Source: Thermoflexus sp.
GTDB taxonomy: Bacteria > Chloroflexota > Anaerolineae > Aggregatilineales > Aggregatilineaceae
Length of the DNA stretch: 64,000 nucleotides
Reading direction: 5' to 3'
Assembly: GCA_020724485.1 (NCBI GenBank)
Contig: DYGW01000001.1
Coordinates: 2,559-66,558 of the forward strand
The position numbers and the translations under genes are program-made. Below, one piece after another: positions 1-8,860 of this stretch; the stretch's first letter is position 1; each line of letters begins with the position of its first letter. The notes beneath the pieces were generated by a model. It saw only the letters and a list, made by a program, of their open reading frames with translations. It was not told the origin of the DNA and searched no databases.

Positions 1-214
1 GTAGCAACTCAGCGGGCGGCGTTGGGGTGGGCGTCGCTTGCGGCGGTCGAGCGGCAACGGTGATCACCTGGCTGGCACCCAGTGTAGTGGCAAGCGTGAC
101 CGGTTGGGGCAGGGGCGAGCCGGTGCGCACGGGTGGCTCAGGGGCGCACGCGGCCAGATAGAAGAACATCGTCGCCAGCGCGCACAACCTGGCACCAGGG
201 AAACATGGGTTCAT
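1..214 (-). CDS. putative lipoprotein, N-terminal fragment (gene runs off the window start)
   Basis: A minus-strand ATG at 212-214 opens a frame with no stop before position 1: MNPCFPGARLCALATMFFYLAACAPEPPVRT... This is a hydrophobic signal peptide with a lipobox-like LAAC, followed by a Pro/Thr-rich linker. It is absent from the ORF track because it is truncated by the window edge. Confidence 0.35.
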   Translation of the reverse strand, partial: MNPCFPGARLCALATMFFYLAACAPEPPVRTGSPLPQPVTLATTLGASQVITVAARPPQATPTPTPPAELL

Positions 215-391
215 AAGCGGCATCCTCGTGACAATCATACCGCCGGAGCCACGCGGCGGCCACCGGGCAGGGGCACGCTTTCCCTGCGGCCAGCAGGCGT
301 TGGCCGGGCGCGCGTTCGGCGGGAGCGCGGGCGCACGCTATAATCTACTTGGCTTAGAGACAGCAACCGGAACCAAGCGCGGAGCAATCGA

Positions 392-1339
392 GTGGCCGAC
401 CAGATTCGTACCGACGAGATAAGCGCCATTGACAGGGCCGCTGGCGCACGACCGAAGCGGCGTCCCGAATGGATCAAGGTTCGCGCGCCGAGTGGCGAGA
501 CCTATGAGATGGTGCGCGGCCTGATGCGCAGCAAGCAACTGCACACAGTCTGCGAAGAGGCGATGTGCCCCAACCTCGGCGAATGCTGGGGCGCTGGCAC
601 GGCGACGTTTCTCATGCTTGGCGACACGTGTACGCGCTCGTGCCGTTTCTGCGACATCAAGACGGGGCGACCGGCCCCGCTGGACTGGCAGGGACCCAAC
701 GGGATCGCGCAGTCGGTGAAGGCGATGAATTTGCGCCATGTGGTCATCACCAGCGTCAACCGCGATGAGCGGCCCGACGGCGGCGCGCCGATCTTTGCCA
801 TGGTCATCCGGCGCATACGCCAGGTACAGCCAGGGTGCAGCATCGAAGTGCTGATCCCCGACTTCAAGGGCAGCCGCGACGCGCTGAAGATCGTCATGGA
901 CGCTCAGCCGGAGATTCTCAACCACAATGTCGAGACGGTTCCGCGCCTGTTCCGCCAGGTTCAGCCGCAAGATCACTACGAGTGGGCCGAGGCGACACTG
1001 CGCAATGCCAAAGAGATGGATCCGCTGGCGCTGACCAAGAGCGGCATCATGGTTGGGCTGGGCGAGACGTTCGACGAGGTTGTGGCGGTGATCGAAGACC
1101 TGGCATCCTGGGACGTGGACATTCTGACCATTGGGCAGTATCTCCAGCCGAGCAAGAAGCATATGCCCATTGATCGCTACTACCGCCCGGAGGAATTCTC
1201 CGAACTGAAGCGCATCGGGCTGGAACTGAGCTTCAAGTGGATCGAGTCCGGCCCGTTGGTGCGCAGCAGCTATCACGCTGAGCAGCAGGTGCGCCAGCTT
1301 TCGCAACGCTACCAGTTCCGGCTGCGCGGCGAGCATTAG
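392..1339 (+). CDS. lipA: lipoyl synthase
   Basis: Two Cys clusters, [12 protein letters not shown] and the radical-SAM CTRSCRFC, plus an RSSY-type C-terminus. GTG start with GGAG-like sequence upstream. Confidence 0.93.
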   Translation: MADQIRTDEISAIDRAAGARPKRRPEWIKVRAPSGETYEMVRGLMRSKQLHTVCEEAMCPNLGECWGAGTATFLMLGDTCTRSCRFCDIKTGRPAPLDWQGPNGIAQSVKAMNLRHVVITSVNRDERPDGGAPIFAMVIRRIRQVQPGCSIEVLIPDFKGSRDALKIVMDAQPEILNHNVETVPRLFRQVQPQDHYEWAEATLRNAKEMDPLALTKSGIMVGLGETFDEVVAVIEDLASWDVDILTIGQYLQPSKKHMPIDRYYRPEEFSELKRIGLELSFKWIESGPLVRSSYHAEQQVRQLSQRYQFRLRGEH

Positions 1340-1358
1340 GGTGGCCGGAACACAGCAA

Positions 1359-1383
1359 GCACCGGAGCGATCCGGCGCTTTTT
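1359..1383 (+). terminator. rho-independent terminator after lipA
   Basis: Stem gcaccgga/tccggcgc (7 of 8 pairs), loop gcga, followed by TTTTT at 1379-1383. Confidence 0.5.
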
Positions 1384-1410
1384 GATTCGTGTGGTGGGCG
1401 GGCCAGGGGA

Positions 1411-2610
1411 TTACGTCTCGATGATCTTGTCGTCAATGAGCTGTTGCTGCACGCGCTGCCCGCGCGGGTCGAAGGCGAAGTATGGCGCGTGAAGCTGGAA
1501 CTCCATGTCGAGCATAGCGCGACCAGCACGGTTCTTCTCGACGGTGAAGACCACCCAGTCACGATACTGGCGGGCCTGGTACGGGTTAAAGGCGACGTGT
1601 TCCTTTGATAGGATATGGTATTTGTTGTTCATGATGATGGCGATGTCGCACTCGTAGTCGAGCGCCGAACTGCCCCGCAGGTGGAACAGATGCAGCCGGT
1701 TGGCCTTCAGCCCTTCGCGGTCGGCGGCGACGATGGCCCACACCGGTACGCCCAGCGCCAGTGCGATGTCTTTCAGCCCCTCGACCACGATGGTCACTTT
1801 CTCCGCCTCGTCAGTTGCTCGCTCCGGGTGGATGGCGACCTTCTGCAAATAGTCCACGAAGACGCTCACATTGCCGCCAGTGGCATCGCACAGGCGGGCG
1901 GTCATCTCGCGGATGGCGCGCAGAGTGGTCACAGCGGGGCTGGCCTTGACCAGGATGAGCCGGTCGGCGTAGCGGTTCATGCGCGCCAGGGCCATCGCCG
2001 TCTTGGCGTTCTCGCGCAGAATAGTCTGCAACGAGCCGCCGCCGTCGGCCCCACCGCGCAGGGTGCTCTTGGCCCGTTCAGCAATGATGATGTCGTATAA
2101 GTCCTTGAGGCGCACCCCGTTCTTCAGATCGATCTCCGGCGGGTTGATGCTCTCCAGACACAGCAGCCGATTCATCAGATGGGTTTCGGTGTGTTCGTAG
2201 GAGAGATAGAAGGCGAACTGACCACTGCGCATAGCGATGTTGCGGGCGATTTGCAGCGTGGCAATGGTCTTGCCGATGCCCTGGGCACCGCCCAGCAGCA
2301 CCAGTTCGGTCTTGCGCAGGCCGCCGCCGATCATACCGTCGAGCGGGTCGAAGCCGGTCGGGAGCGGGACGTATTCGGTCAGATCGCCGCGCACGACCAT
2401 GTCGTTGGCCTCAGACATCACCTGGGCCAGGGTGCGCGGCATATGGGCTGCATTGCGGTTGCTGCGGCTGCGCGCAGTCACGCGCGGCTGGCGCGGAGCG
2501 CTGCCGGGCGTGCTGTCTCCCTCGGCTACGCGCTGCTGAGCCGGGTCTTGCCCTCGCGGGCTGGTAGCCGGTCGATCTGCCATGTCATCGTGGAATCGTC
2601 GTGTAGACAT
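1411..2610 (-). CDS. stand-alone DnaB-C-terminal/RecA-fold ATPase with a disordered Arg/Pro-rich N-terminus
   Basis: Walker A GGAQGIGKT, Walker B-like VFVDYLQKV and an RGSSALDYECDIAI motif, like DnaB C-domain RESGxIEQDAD. No DnaB N-terminal domain is present. The first ~70 aa are low complexity, so the true start could be an internal Met. Confidence 0.7.
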   Translation of the reverse strand: MSTRRFHDDMADRPATSPRGQDPAQQRVAEGDSTPGSAPRQPRVTARSRSNRNAAHMPRTLAQVMSEANDMVVRGDLTEYVPLPTGFDPLDGMIGGGLRKTELVLLGGAQGIGKTIATLQIARNIAMRSGQFAFYLSYEHTETHLMNRLLCLESINPPEIDLKNGVRLKDLYDIIIAERAKSTLRGGADGGGSLQTILRENAKTAMALARMNRYADRLILVKASPAVTTLRAIREMTARLCDATGGNVSVFVDYLQKVAIHPERATDEAEKVTIVVEGLKDIALALGVPVWAIVAADREGLKANRLHLFHLRGSSALDYECDIAIIMNNKYHILSKEHVAFNPYQARQYRDWVVFTVEKNRAGRAMLDMEFQLHAPYFAFDPRGQRVQQQLIDDKIIET

Positions 2611-2851
2611 ATCCCGTTCTTCCCCTCTCGGACTCCCAGGCTAATCTGATTTTACTGCCGGGCGAAGTTCTGCGCAATTCGCCTGAGATCGAGCGACGCG
2701 CACTTTTGAGGACATTGTCACGTCACTGGAGAGCGGCGTCCCTGCTTTTGCACGCAAGGACAGCCACCTGGCCCCGCGAACAGACCTGGGTTTGTGCTAT
2801 ACTCCATCTAAGCGAGACCAGGCACAGTCTGTCATTTCCCGCGGGGTTGTA

Positions 2852-4984
2852 ATGAGCACGCTCACTGCTGACGAACAAGAAATCTCTTCATCGCCAGACT
2901 TGCGGGACCCCAAGCTGTACATCAACCGCGAACTGAGTATGCTGGAGTTCAACTACCGGGTTCTGGAAGAGGCGCTTGATCCCAGCATCCCGCTCTTGGA
3001 GCGCGTCAAGTTCCTGGCGATTTTTGCTAACAACCTGGACGAGTTCTTCATGATCCGGGTGTCGGGCTTGCGCGAACAGGTGGCTGCGGGTGTGATAGAG
3101 ACTCCAGCTGACGGCCTGATGCCTGCCCAACAGCTTGCGGCCATCCGCAAGCGGCTGCTGCCCATGCTGGAGACGCAATACCGGTGCCTGCACGACGAGA
3201 TTATCCCGAAGCTGCGGCAGCACAAGATCAGCGTGGTTCCCTACCAGAGCCTGCCGGAAGAGTACAAGGAGGCGCTGCGCCTGTTCTTTGAAAGCGAGAT
3301 TTTCCCGGTGCTCACCCCGCTGGCAGTTGATCCGGGCCGCCCGTTCCCCTTCATCTCCAACCTGAGCCTGAACCTGGCCGTCCTGCTGCTGGACCACAAC
3401 CAACAGCAGCGATTCGCGCGGGTGAAGGTGCCCCAGGCTCTGCCGCGCCTAGTCCCCGTGCACGAAATGGCCCGCCGCTACGCCGGATTGCGCGTAGGCA
3501 AACACAAGCAGTTTGTGTTCCTGGAAGAGATCATTGCTGCTAACCTGGGCGCCCTGTTCCCAGGGAGCCAGATTCTGGAGGCTCACCCGTTCCGGGTCAC
3601 GCGCAACGCCGACATGGAAATTGAAGAGGACGAGGCATCTGACCTGCTGGAGACGATTGAGGCCGGGGTGCGACAGCGGCGCTTTGGGCGCGTGGTGCGC
3701 CTGGAAGTGCAAGAGGATATGCCTCAGTACTTGCTCGATCTGCTCAAGGCGCACCTCAATATCGAGCGGTCGGACATTTACCAGTTGCCCGGCCCCCTGG
3801 GGTTGAGCCAGTTGTTTGAGCTGGCCAGCCTTGATGTGCCGGCCCTGCGCGACACGCCGTATATTCCGGTGATCCCCGACGTTCTGAGCCAGGCAGACGA
3901 CATCTTCTCCGTGTTGCGCGAACAGGATGTGCTGCTCTACCATCCCTACGACTCGTTTCTGCCGGTCATTCAGTTCTTTCGGCAGGCAGCACACGACCCA
4001 AAAGTATTGGCGATCAAAACGACGCTGTACCGGGTGGGCATCAACTCCCCGATTGTGAACGCGCTGCTCGAAGCGCAGGAGAACGGCAAGCAAGTGGCAG
4101 TGCTCGTTGAGCTAAAAGCGCGCTTTGACGAGGAGAACAATATCGTCTGGGCGCGTAAGCTGGAGGCACAGGGCGTTCATGTGGTGTACGGCTTGCTCGG
4201 CCTAAAGACGCACTGTAAGGTGGCGCTGGTGGTACGGCGTGAGGACGACGGTCTGCGGCGCTACGTACATTTGAGCACAGGGAACTATAACGCAACAACC
4301 GCCCGCATCTATACTGACATTGGGCTATTGACCAGCCGCCCCGACATTGGGACGGACGCCAGCGAGCTATTCAACCGCCTGACGGGGTACGCCCCTGGTG
4401 CCACATACAACAAACTGCTCGTGGCCCCCGAATATCTGCGCGAGCAATTTGAGCAGTTGATCTGCCGTGAGATCGGCCATGCCAGGGCCGGGCGCGAAGC
4501 GCGCATGATCCTCAAGATGAACGCGCTGGTGGACGCCAAGCTGATCCGGTTGCTCTACGAGGCGTCCATAGCGAACGTGAAGGTTGACCTGTTGGTGCGC
4601 GGCATTTGCTGCCTGCGCCCTGGCATCAAGGGGGTTAGCGAGAATATTCGCGTCACCAGTGTGGTGGGGCGATTCCTGGAACATCCCCGCATCTATTACT
4701 TCGCCAACGGCGGCCACCCGGAGATTTACATGGGGAGCGCCGACCTCATGCCGCGCAACCTGGATCGGCGCGTCGAGACAATCTTCCCTGTAGAAGACGA
4801 GCAGATCAAAGTTCGGCTGCTCGATGAAGTGCTACGCATCTCGATGATGGACAACGTCAAGGCGCGCGAGCTACAGCCAGACGGCACGTACAAGCGGTTA
4901 GCCCCTGGCGACGGCGAGGCCCCCCTTGACAGCCAGACCTGGTTCATGGAGCGGGCGCGGTCGAGTTATTCCGCTTCTGGGTAG
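2852..4984 (+). CDS. ppk: polyphosphate kinase 1
   Basis: N-terminal LYINRELSMLEFNYRVLEEA and the full-length PPK1 pattern. ATG 2852 is preferred over the track start TTG 2792, which lies just upstream of a TGcTATACT extended -10 (2798-2803). Confidence 0.93.
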   Translation: MSTLTADEQEISSSPDLRDPKLYINRELSMLEFNYRVLEEALDPSIPLLERVKFLAIFANNLDEFFMIRVSGLREQVAAGVIETPADGLMPAQQLAAIRKRLLPMLETQYRCLHDEIIPKLRQHKISVVPYQSLPEEYKEALRLFFESEIFPVLTPLAVDPGRPFPFISNLSLNLAVLLLDHNQQQRFARVKVPQALPRLVPVHEMARRYAGLRVGKHKQFVFLEEIIAANLGALFPGSQILEAHPFRVTRNADMEIEEDEASDLLETIEAGVRQRRFGRVVRLEVQEDMPQYLLDLLKAHLNIERSDIYQLPGPLGLSQLFELASLDVPALRDTPYIPVIPDVLSQADDIFSVLREQDVLLYHPYDSFLPVIQFFRQAAHDPKVLAIKTTLYRVGINSPIVNALLEAQENGKQVAVLVELKARFDEENNIVWARKLEAQGVHVVYGLLGLKTHCKVALVVRREDDGLRRYVHLSTGNYNATTARIYTDIGLLTSRPDIGTDASELFNRLTGYAPGATYNKLLVAPEYLREQFEQLICREIGHARAGREARMILKMNALVDAKLIRLLYEASIANVKVDLLVRGICCLRPGIKGVSENIRVTSVVGRFLEHPRIYYFANGGHPEIYMGSADLMPRNLDRRVETIFPVEDEQIKVRLLDEVLRISMMDNVKARELQPDGTYKRLAPGDGEAPLDSQTWFMERARSSYSASG

Positions 4985-7335
4985 ATCGTCAGCGTGTGCC
5001 CATTCGTGACAAACTCGACGGTGCCATGCCGGTTGGTGTGATAGAGCCGTGCGTTGGCTGCTTCCAGACGTTCTATAGTCGCCGTACCCGGCAGGCCGGC
5101 CCGGTTGCCAGTGCCGACCATCACAACTGCCACCTGAGGATGCACGGCGGCGAGGAATCCGGCAGGGTTTGCCTTGTCGCTGCCATGCGCTGGCAGCAAG
5201 GCAACGGTGCTGCCGAGATACTCCCCGGAGTCCAGTAGCTCCCCGACTGCCGCAGACGAGAGTCCCGGCGCGACCAGGAACGTGGCCTGGCCGAAGGTGA
5301 TCCGCAGCGCCAGGGCGACATCGTCAGGATCGTCGTCCAGGATAGGGGGCTGCTGGGGATGGATGACATCGATCAGCAGGCCATCGTCGGTGAGAATCTG
5401 CTGGCCGGCTGCTAGGGTGAGCGTCTGAATACCCTTGCTGGCGAGGTGCTCGGCGAGCGCTTCCGTGACACTGTTCTGCTGAGCGTGGCCGTTGGTAGCG
5501 AGGAGACCAGCGTCATAGTGGGCCAGCAGCGCGGGCAGCGCACCAATAGCGGAGGGCGTGGGCTGGGTGACGATCACCAGGTCGAGCGCGCGATCCCAGG
5601 CGGGCAGCGCATCGCCAACTGCCTGGCGCAGCCGGCTGGGATTTGGCCCGCCGTCGAGCAGAATCTGCGCTCCGCGCGGCGACTGGATTAGAACAGCGTG
5701 GCCATGCCCAATGTCCAGAAACCAGACATGCAGCTTGCCGTCGGGCTGGGTCAGGGCCGTGTACCACACCGCGACGCATACCACACCAGCAGCCAGCAAC
5801 GCAGTCCCCGTCTTGAGGCGGCGGCGCAAGCTGCCCAGCAGCGCCGCCCGGTCTTCAGGGTGCATCAAGCGCAGCCAGCCAACCCCGAAGAGTAAGAGGT
5901 AGAAGCCCCGCACGGCTGATGATGCGACTGAGACATTGACTGAGGCCCACGAGAAATCAGCCAGCCGCCGGACTACGGCAAGCGTGTACGCCAGCGGAAG
6001 CCAGACGCTCCAGGCCAGTATGTTGCCCAGGGGTGCGGCAACCATACCAGTGACGAGCGTCAACCATCCGAAGATCATAATGTAAGGCTGGACGGACACC
6101 ACCAGCGCATTAGCAAGTAGCGAGGCAATCGAAACGCTCCCGAAGTAGATCATCGCCAGCGGCGTGGTGGCGACCTGGGCTGCCAGGCTGATCGCCACCG
6201 GCTCGGTCAGCCAGCCGGTAACCTTGCGGGCTGTTTCACCAGGCAGCAGCAAACGCAACCCGGCTTCAAGCGCGTGGGTGAAGCCATCACCGAGTAGGAC
6301 GAGACTCGCAGTGGCGGCTGCGCTGAACTGGAAGCCAACGTCCCACAAAATGGCCGGGTTGTGGAGCGACATCAGCCAGATGGCAAAAGCCAGCGAGGTG
6401 ATGCCGTGCGCCTTGCGCCCGGTCTGTGCGGCGAACAGAGCCAGGCAGCCCATGATCGCCGCGCGCACCACGGTCGGGTCGCCGCCCACGAGCGCGGTGT
6501 AAGCTGCCACGCTGGCGACTGTAGCCAGCCGCGCTCGCCGGATGCCGAGCAGGGGTGTCAGCAGGCTCAGCACAACCTTCATGACAATGATCAGGTTGGA
6601 ACCGGAGATGGCGATGATATGCGCGGTCCCTGTGCGGCTGAAGGCTTCCTGGATGTTGGCAGGCAGCTCGTCATCAATGCCGAGCAGAATGCCAGCGAGC
6701 AGCGGCGCTTCGGGGCTGGGCAGCAAGCGGTCGAGAGTCTGGCGGGCGTTGTCGCGCAGGTCGAAGAGGGCTTGTGCCCAGGGGTTGCCCTGGTGACGGT
6801 CCAAACGCTCCACGCGCGCATTGGGCATGATGGCGTAGATACCCCGGCGGGCCAGGTAATCGCGGTAGGAGAACGTGTCGAACTCCGGCGGAGTGAGCAG
6901 GCTACCGGCTGCGCGAACGCGATCACCGAAGGCGTAATCACCGTAGCGCGGGGCCTGGGCCAGAATCAGCCCTTGCGCCCGCACGGTGCTCGTCTGAACG
7001 GTCAGTGTTTCGACCTCAACGGTCAGGTTGACCAAGGTCTCACGGATTTCGGGCGTGCGGGCAACGGTGCCGACAACTGTCACAAAGCCGGAGTCGGTGT
7101 AGCGCGTGATGTGGTCAGCGGTAGGCGGGCGTTGGTACCAGGCGTGGCGCGCCGCTCCCATAGAAAAAGCAGCAGCCATGACGAACGCCAGCCGTAGCGA
7201 GCGCTCCGAGCGAAAAGCGACAGCCAACAGTAGCCAGGCTGCGCTGCCCGCCAGCCATACCTCAGCGCCTGGCTCTGCCGAGTGAACAACCAGAATGCCC
7301 GCTACCCAGGCTGCTACCAAGTAGACCAGCGTCAT
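4966..7335 (-). CDS. comEC: DNA internalization competence protein ComEC/Rec2 (polytopic membrane core plus C-terminal metallo-beta-lactamase domain)
   Basis: Many TM segments, a competence-domain motif region (AHIIAISGSNL) and a C-terminal MBL-like HVWFLDIGHGHAVLIQ. Its 3' end overlaps the ppk stop by 19 nt (convergent). Confidence 0.88.
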   Translation of the reverse strand: MTLVYLVAAWVAGILVVHSAEPGAEVWLAGSAAWLLLAVAFRSERSLRLAFVMAAAFSMGAARHAWYQRPPTADHITRYTDSGFVTVVGTVARTPEIRETLVNLTVEVETLTVQTSTVRAQGLILAQAPRYGDYAFGDRVRAAGSLLTPPEFDTFSYRDYLARRGIYAIMPNARVERLDRHQGNPWAQALFDLRDNARQTLDRLLPSPEAPLLAGILLGIDDELPANIQEAFSRTGTAHIIAISGSNLIIVMKVVLSLLTPLLGIRRARLATVASVAAYTALVGGDPTVVRAAIMGCLALFAAQTGRKAHGITSLAFAIWLMSLHNPAILWDVGFQFSAAATASLVLLGDGFTHALEAGLRLLLPGETARKVTGWLTEPVAISLAAQVATTPLAMIYFGSVSIASLLANALVVSVQPYIMIFGWLTLVTGMVAAPLGNILAWSVWLPLAYTLAVVRRLADFSWASVNVSVASSAVRGFYLLLFGVGWLRLMHPEDRAALLGSLRRRLKTGTALLAAGVVCVAVWYTALTQPDGKLHVWFLDIGHGHAVLIQSPRGAQILLDGGPNPSRLRQAVGDALPAWDRALDLVIVTQPTPSAIGALPALLAHYDAGLLATNGHAQQNSVTEALAEHLASKGIQTLTLAAGQQILTDDGLLIDVIHPQQPPILDDDPDDVALALRITFGQATFLVAPGLSSAAVGELLDSGEYLGSTVALLPAHGSDKANPAGFLAAVHPQVAVVMVGTGNRAGLPGTATIERLEAANARLYHTNRHGTVEFVTNGHTLTIYPEAE

Positions 7336-7424
7336 GCGCTTGACCCTTGTCCCCTGGCATGTACTCTCCAGCGTCAGGCCGTCATAGGCCAGGGCATCAG
7401 CTCCCGCAACTCAGCGGCAACCAG

Positions 7425-8150
7425 TCAGGGCTGGCTCGCCGACGCATTGACCGGCGCAGAGCGGTGCCTGTCCCAGCCGACAACGATCTGGTAGGCGGCT
7501 TCGACGGCCTGTTCCAGCGAAAGCATCGTGGTATCCAGATAGACGGCGTCCGGCGCTCTCAGCAGGGGAGCAACGTCGCGCTGGCTGTCAATGGTGTCGC
7601 GCTGGCGTAACCCCTCGCTGATCTGGGCCAGGTCTGCTGGCTCCCCGTTACTGATCCGCTGCGCGTAGCGGCGTTCCGCGCGCTTTTCCAGGCTGGCATC
7701 AATGTAAATCTTGAGATCGGCATCAGGCAGCACAACCGTGCCAATGTCGCGTCCGGCCATGATCACGCGACCGCGCGCGGCCAAGGCGCGTTGGGCAGCG
7801 AGCATAGCCTGGCGCACGCCGGGGTTGGCAGCCACCACAGAAACATGCGCATCAACCTGGGGCGAGTGAATCTCCCCAGTCACGTCTTCGCCGTTGGCCA
7901 GCACCGTGTACTGCCGCCCATCGCTACCCAGGTCGCTGGTTATGTCCAGCACCGCGCTGCGCGCCAGCGCGGCCACGCCTTCGCTGTCGGACGGGTCTTG
8001 ACCAGCGCGCAGGGCCAGCAGCGTGATAGCCCGGTAGAAAGCGCCAGTATCCACCAAGAGGTAGCCCAGGCGCTGGGCTACGGCGAATGATACGCTGCTC
8101 TTGCCAGAACCGGCTGGCCCATCTATGGCAATTGTGCTAGGAAGCGCCAA
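7425..8150 (-). CDS. cmk: cytidylate kinase
   Basis: P-loop IAIDGPAGSGKSS near the N-terminus and Cmk-like overall length. I place the start at TTG 8148-8150 with GGAGAG 8-9 nt upstream. The track ORF extends to 8318, but the extra 56 aa look non-coding. Confidence 0.85.
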   Translation of the reverse strand: MALPSTIAIDGPAGSGKSSVSFAVAQRLGYLLVDTGAFYRAITLLALRAGQDPSDSEGVAALARSAVLDITSDLGSDGRQYTVLANGEDVTGEIHSPQVDAHVSVVAANPGVRQAMLAAQRALAARGRVIMAGRDIGTVVLPDADLKIYIDASLEKRAERRYAQRISNGEPADLAQISEGLRQRDTIDSQRDVAPLLRAPDAVYLDTTMLSLEQAVEAAYQIVVGWDRHRSAPVNASASQP

Positions 8151-8302
8151 AGGTGTCTCTCTCCGTTGCGGTGTTCGTGGCTCAGTGGCTCTACTATATC
8201 GCACAACTGGGGCTGCCGGGAACTGCTTATATCCAACTTCCTCGCCGTGAGATGCGCGCGCAGCGATTGCAGCAAAGGCAGGGTGTTGGGTAGAATGCAG
8301 GC

Positions 8303-8860
8303 ATGATGAGCACACCACGCAGCCAATTTATTGTGCGCGAACTACACTCGGACGAGGAATTGGCCGAGTGCCTGGCGCTCGAACGCTCCTATCTGACTGA
8401 CCATGTCTGGCAAATGGATGTCCGCGATGATCGTGGTGAGGTCGCAGTGCGGTTTCGCTCGGTGCGGCTGCCCCGGCTGGTGGAGGTCGAGTATCCGCGC
8501 GACGCGGCGACTCTGATGCGCCTCTGGCAGCAGCGCGACTGCTTTTTGGTGGCGCTCGCCGAAGGACTTATCTTGGGGTACATCAATGTGCGCATCAGGC
8601 CGGGTGAGCAAGGAGCGTGGGTGGAAGACCTTGTCGTTAACACTCCATTTCGCCGGCACAGAATCGGCAGCGCGCTGCTAGAACAAGCAGGCGAGCAGGT
8701 GCTGGCCAGCGGGCTGCGCCATGTGATGCTGGCCGTGCAGACCAAGAATCACCCGGCGATCAGCTTCGCCCAGGCTAACGGCCTGGTGTTCTGCGGTTAC
8801 AATGACCACTACTACCCGAACCAGGACATCGCTATTTTCTTCGCCAAGAACCTGCGGTAG
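8303..8860 (+). CDS. GNAT family N-acetyltransferase
   Basis: Acetyl-CoA binding motif A RRHRIGSALLEQA and typical GNAT length. Confidence 0.8.
   Translation: MMSTPRSQFIVRELHSDEELAECLALERSYLTDHVWQMDVRDDRGEVAVRFRSVRLPRLVEVEYPRDAATLMRLWQQRDCFLVALAEGLILGYINVRIRPGEQGAWVEDLVVNTPFRRHRIGSALLEQAGEQVLASGLRHVMLAVQTKNHPAISFAQANGLVFCGYNDHYYPNQDIAIFFAKNLR

Noticed and set aside
38-343. 101-aa plus-strand ORF at the window start.
   Set aside because: The product is Arg/Gly-rich with no recognisable motif. The opposite strand gives a much more plausible lipoprotein signal peptide starting at 214.
338-1336. 332-aa minus-strand ORF covering the whole of lipA. Similar long antisense ORFs occur at 13733-14656 (+), 16564-17421 (+), 22064-23413 (-), 30901-31899 (+), 33341-34108 (-), 42694-43317 (+), 45643-46440 (-), 46939-47874 (-), 53993-54940 (-), 57306-58067 (+) and 60636-61430 (+).
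   Set aside because: Each lies fully inside, and antisense to, a gene with strong family motifs. Their translations are Arg/Ala/Gly/Pro-rich low-complexity sequence with no motifs. Long stop-free antisense frames are expected in DNA of this GC content.
7425-8318. Full 297-aa version of the cmk ORF.
   Set aside because: The Cmk P-loop should be within ~10 aa of the N-terminus. The extra 56 aa overlap the divergent GNAT promoter and start region. TTG 8150 with a GGAGAG RBS fits better.
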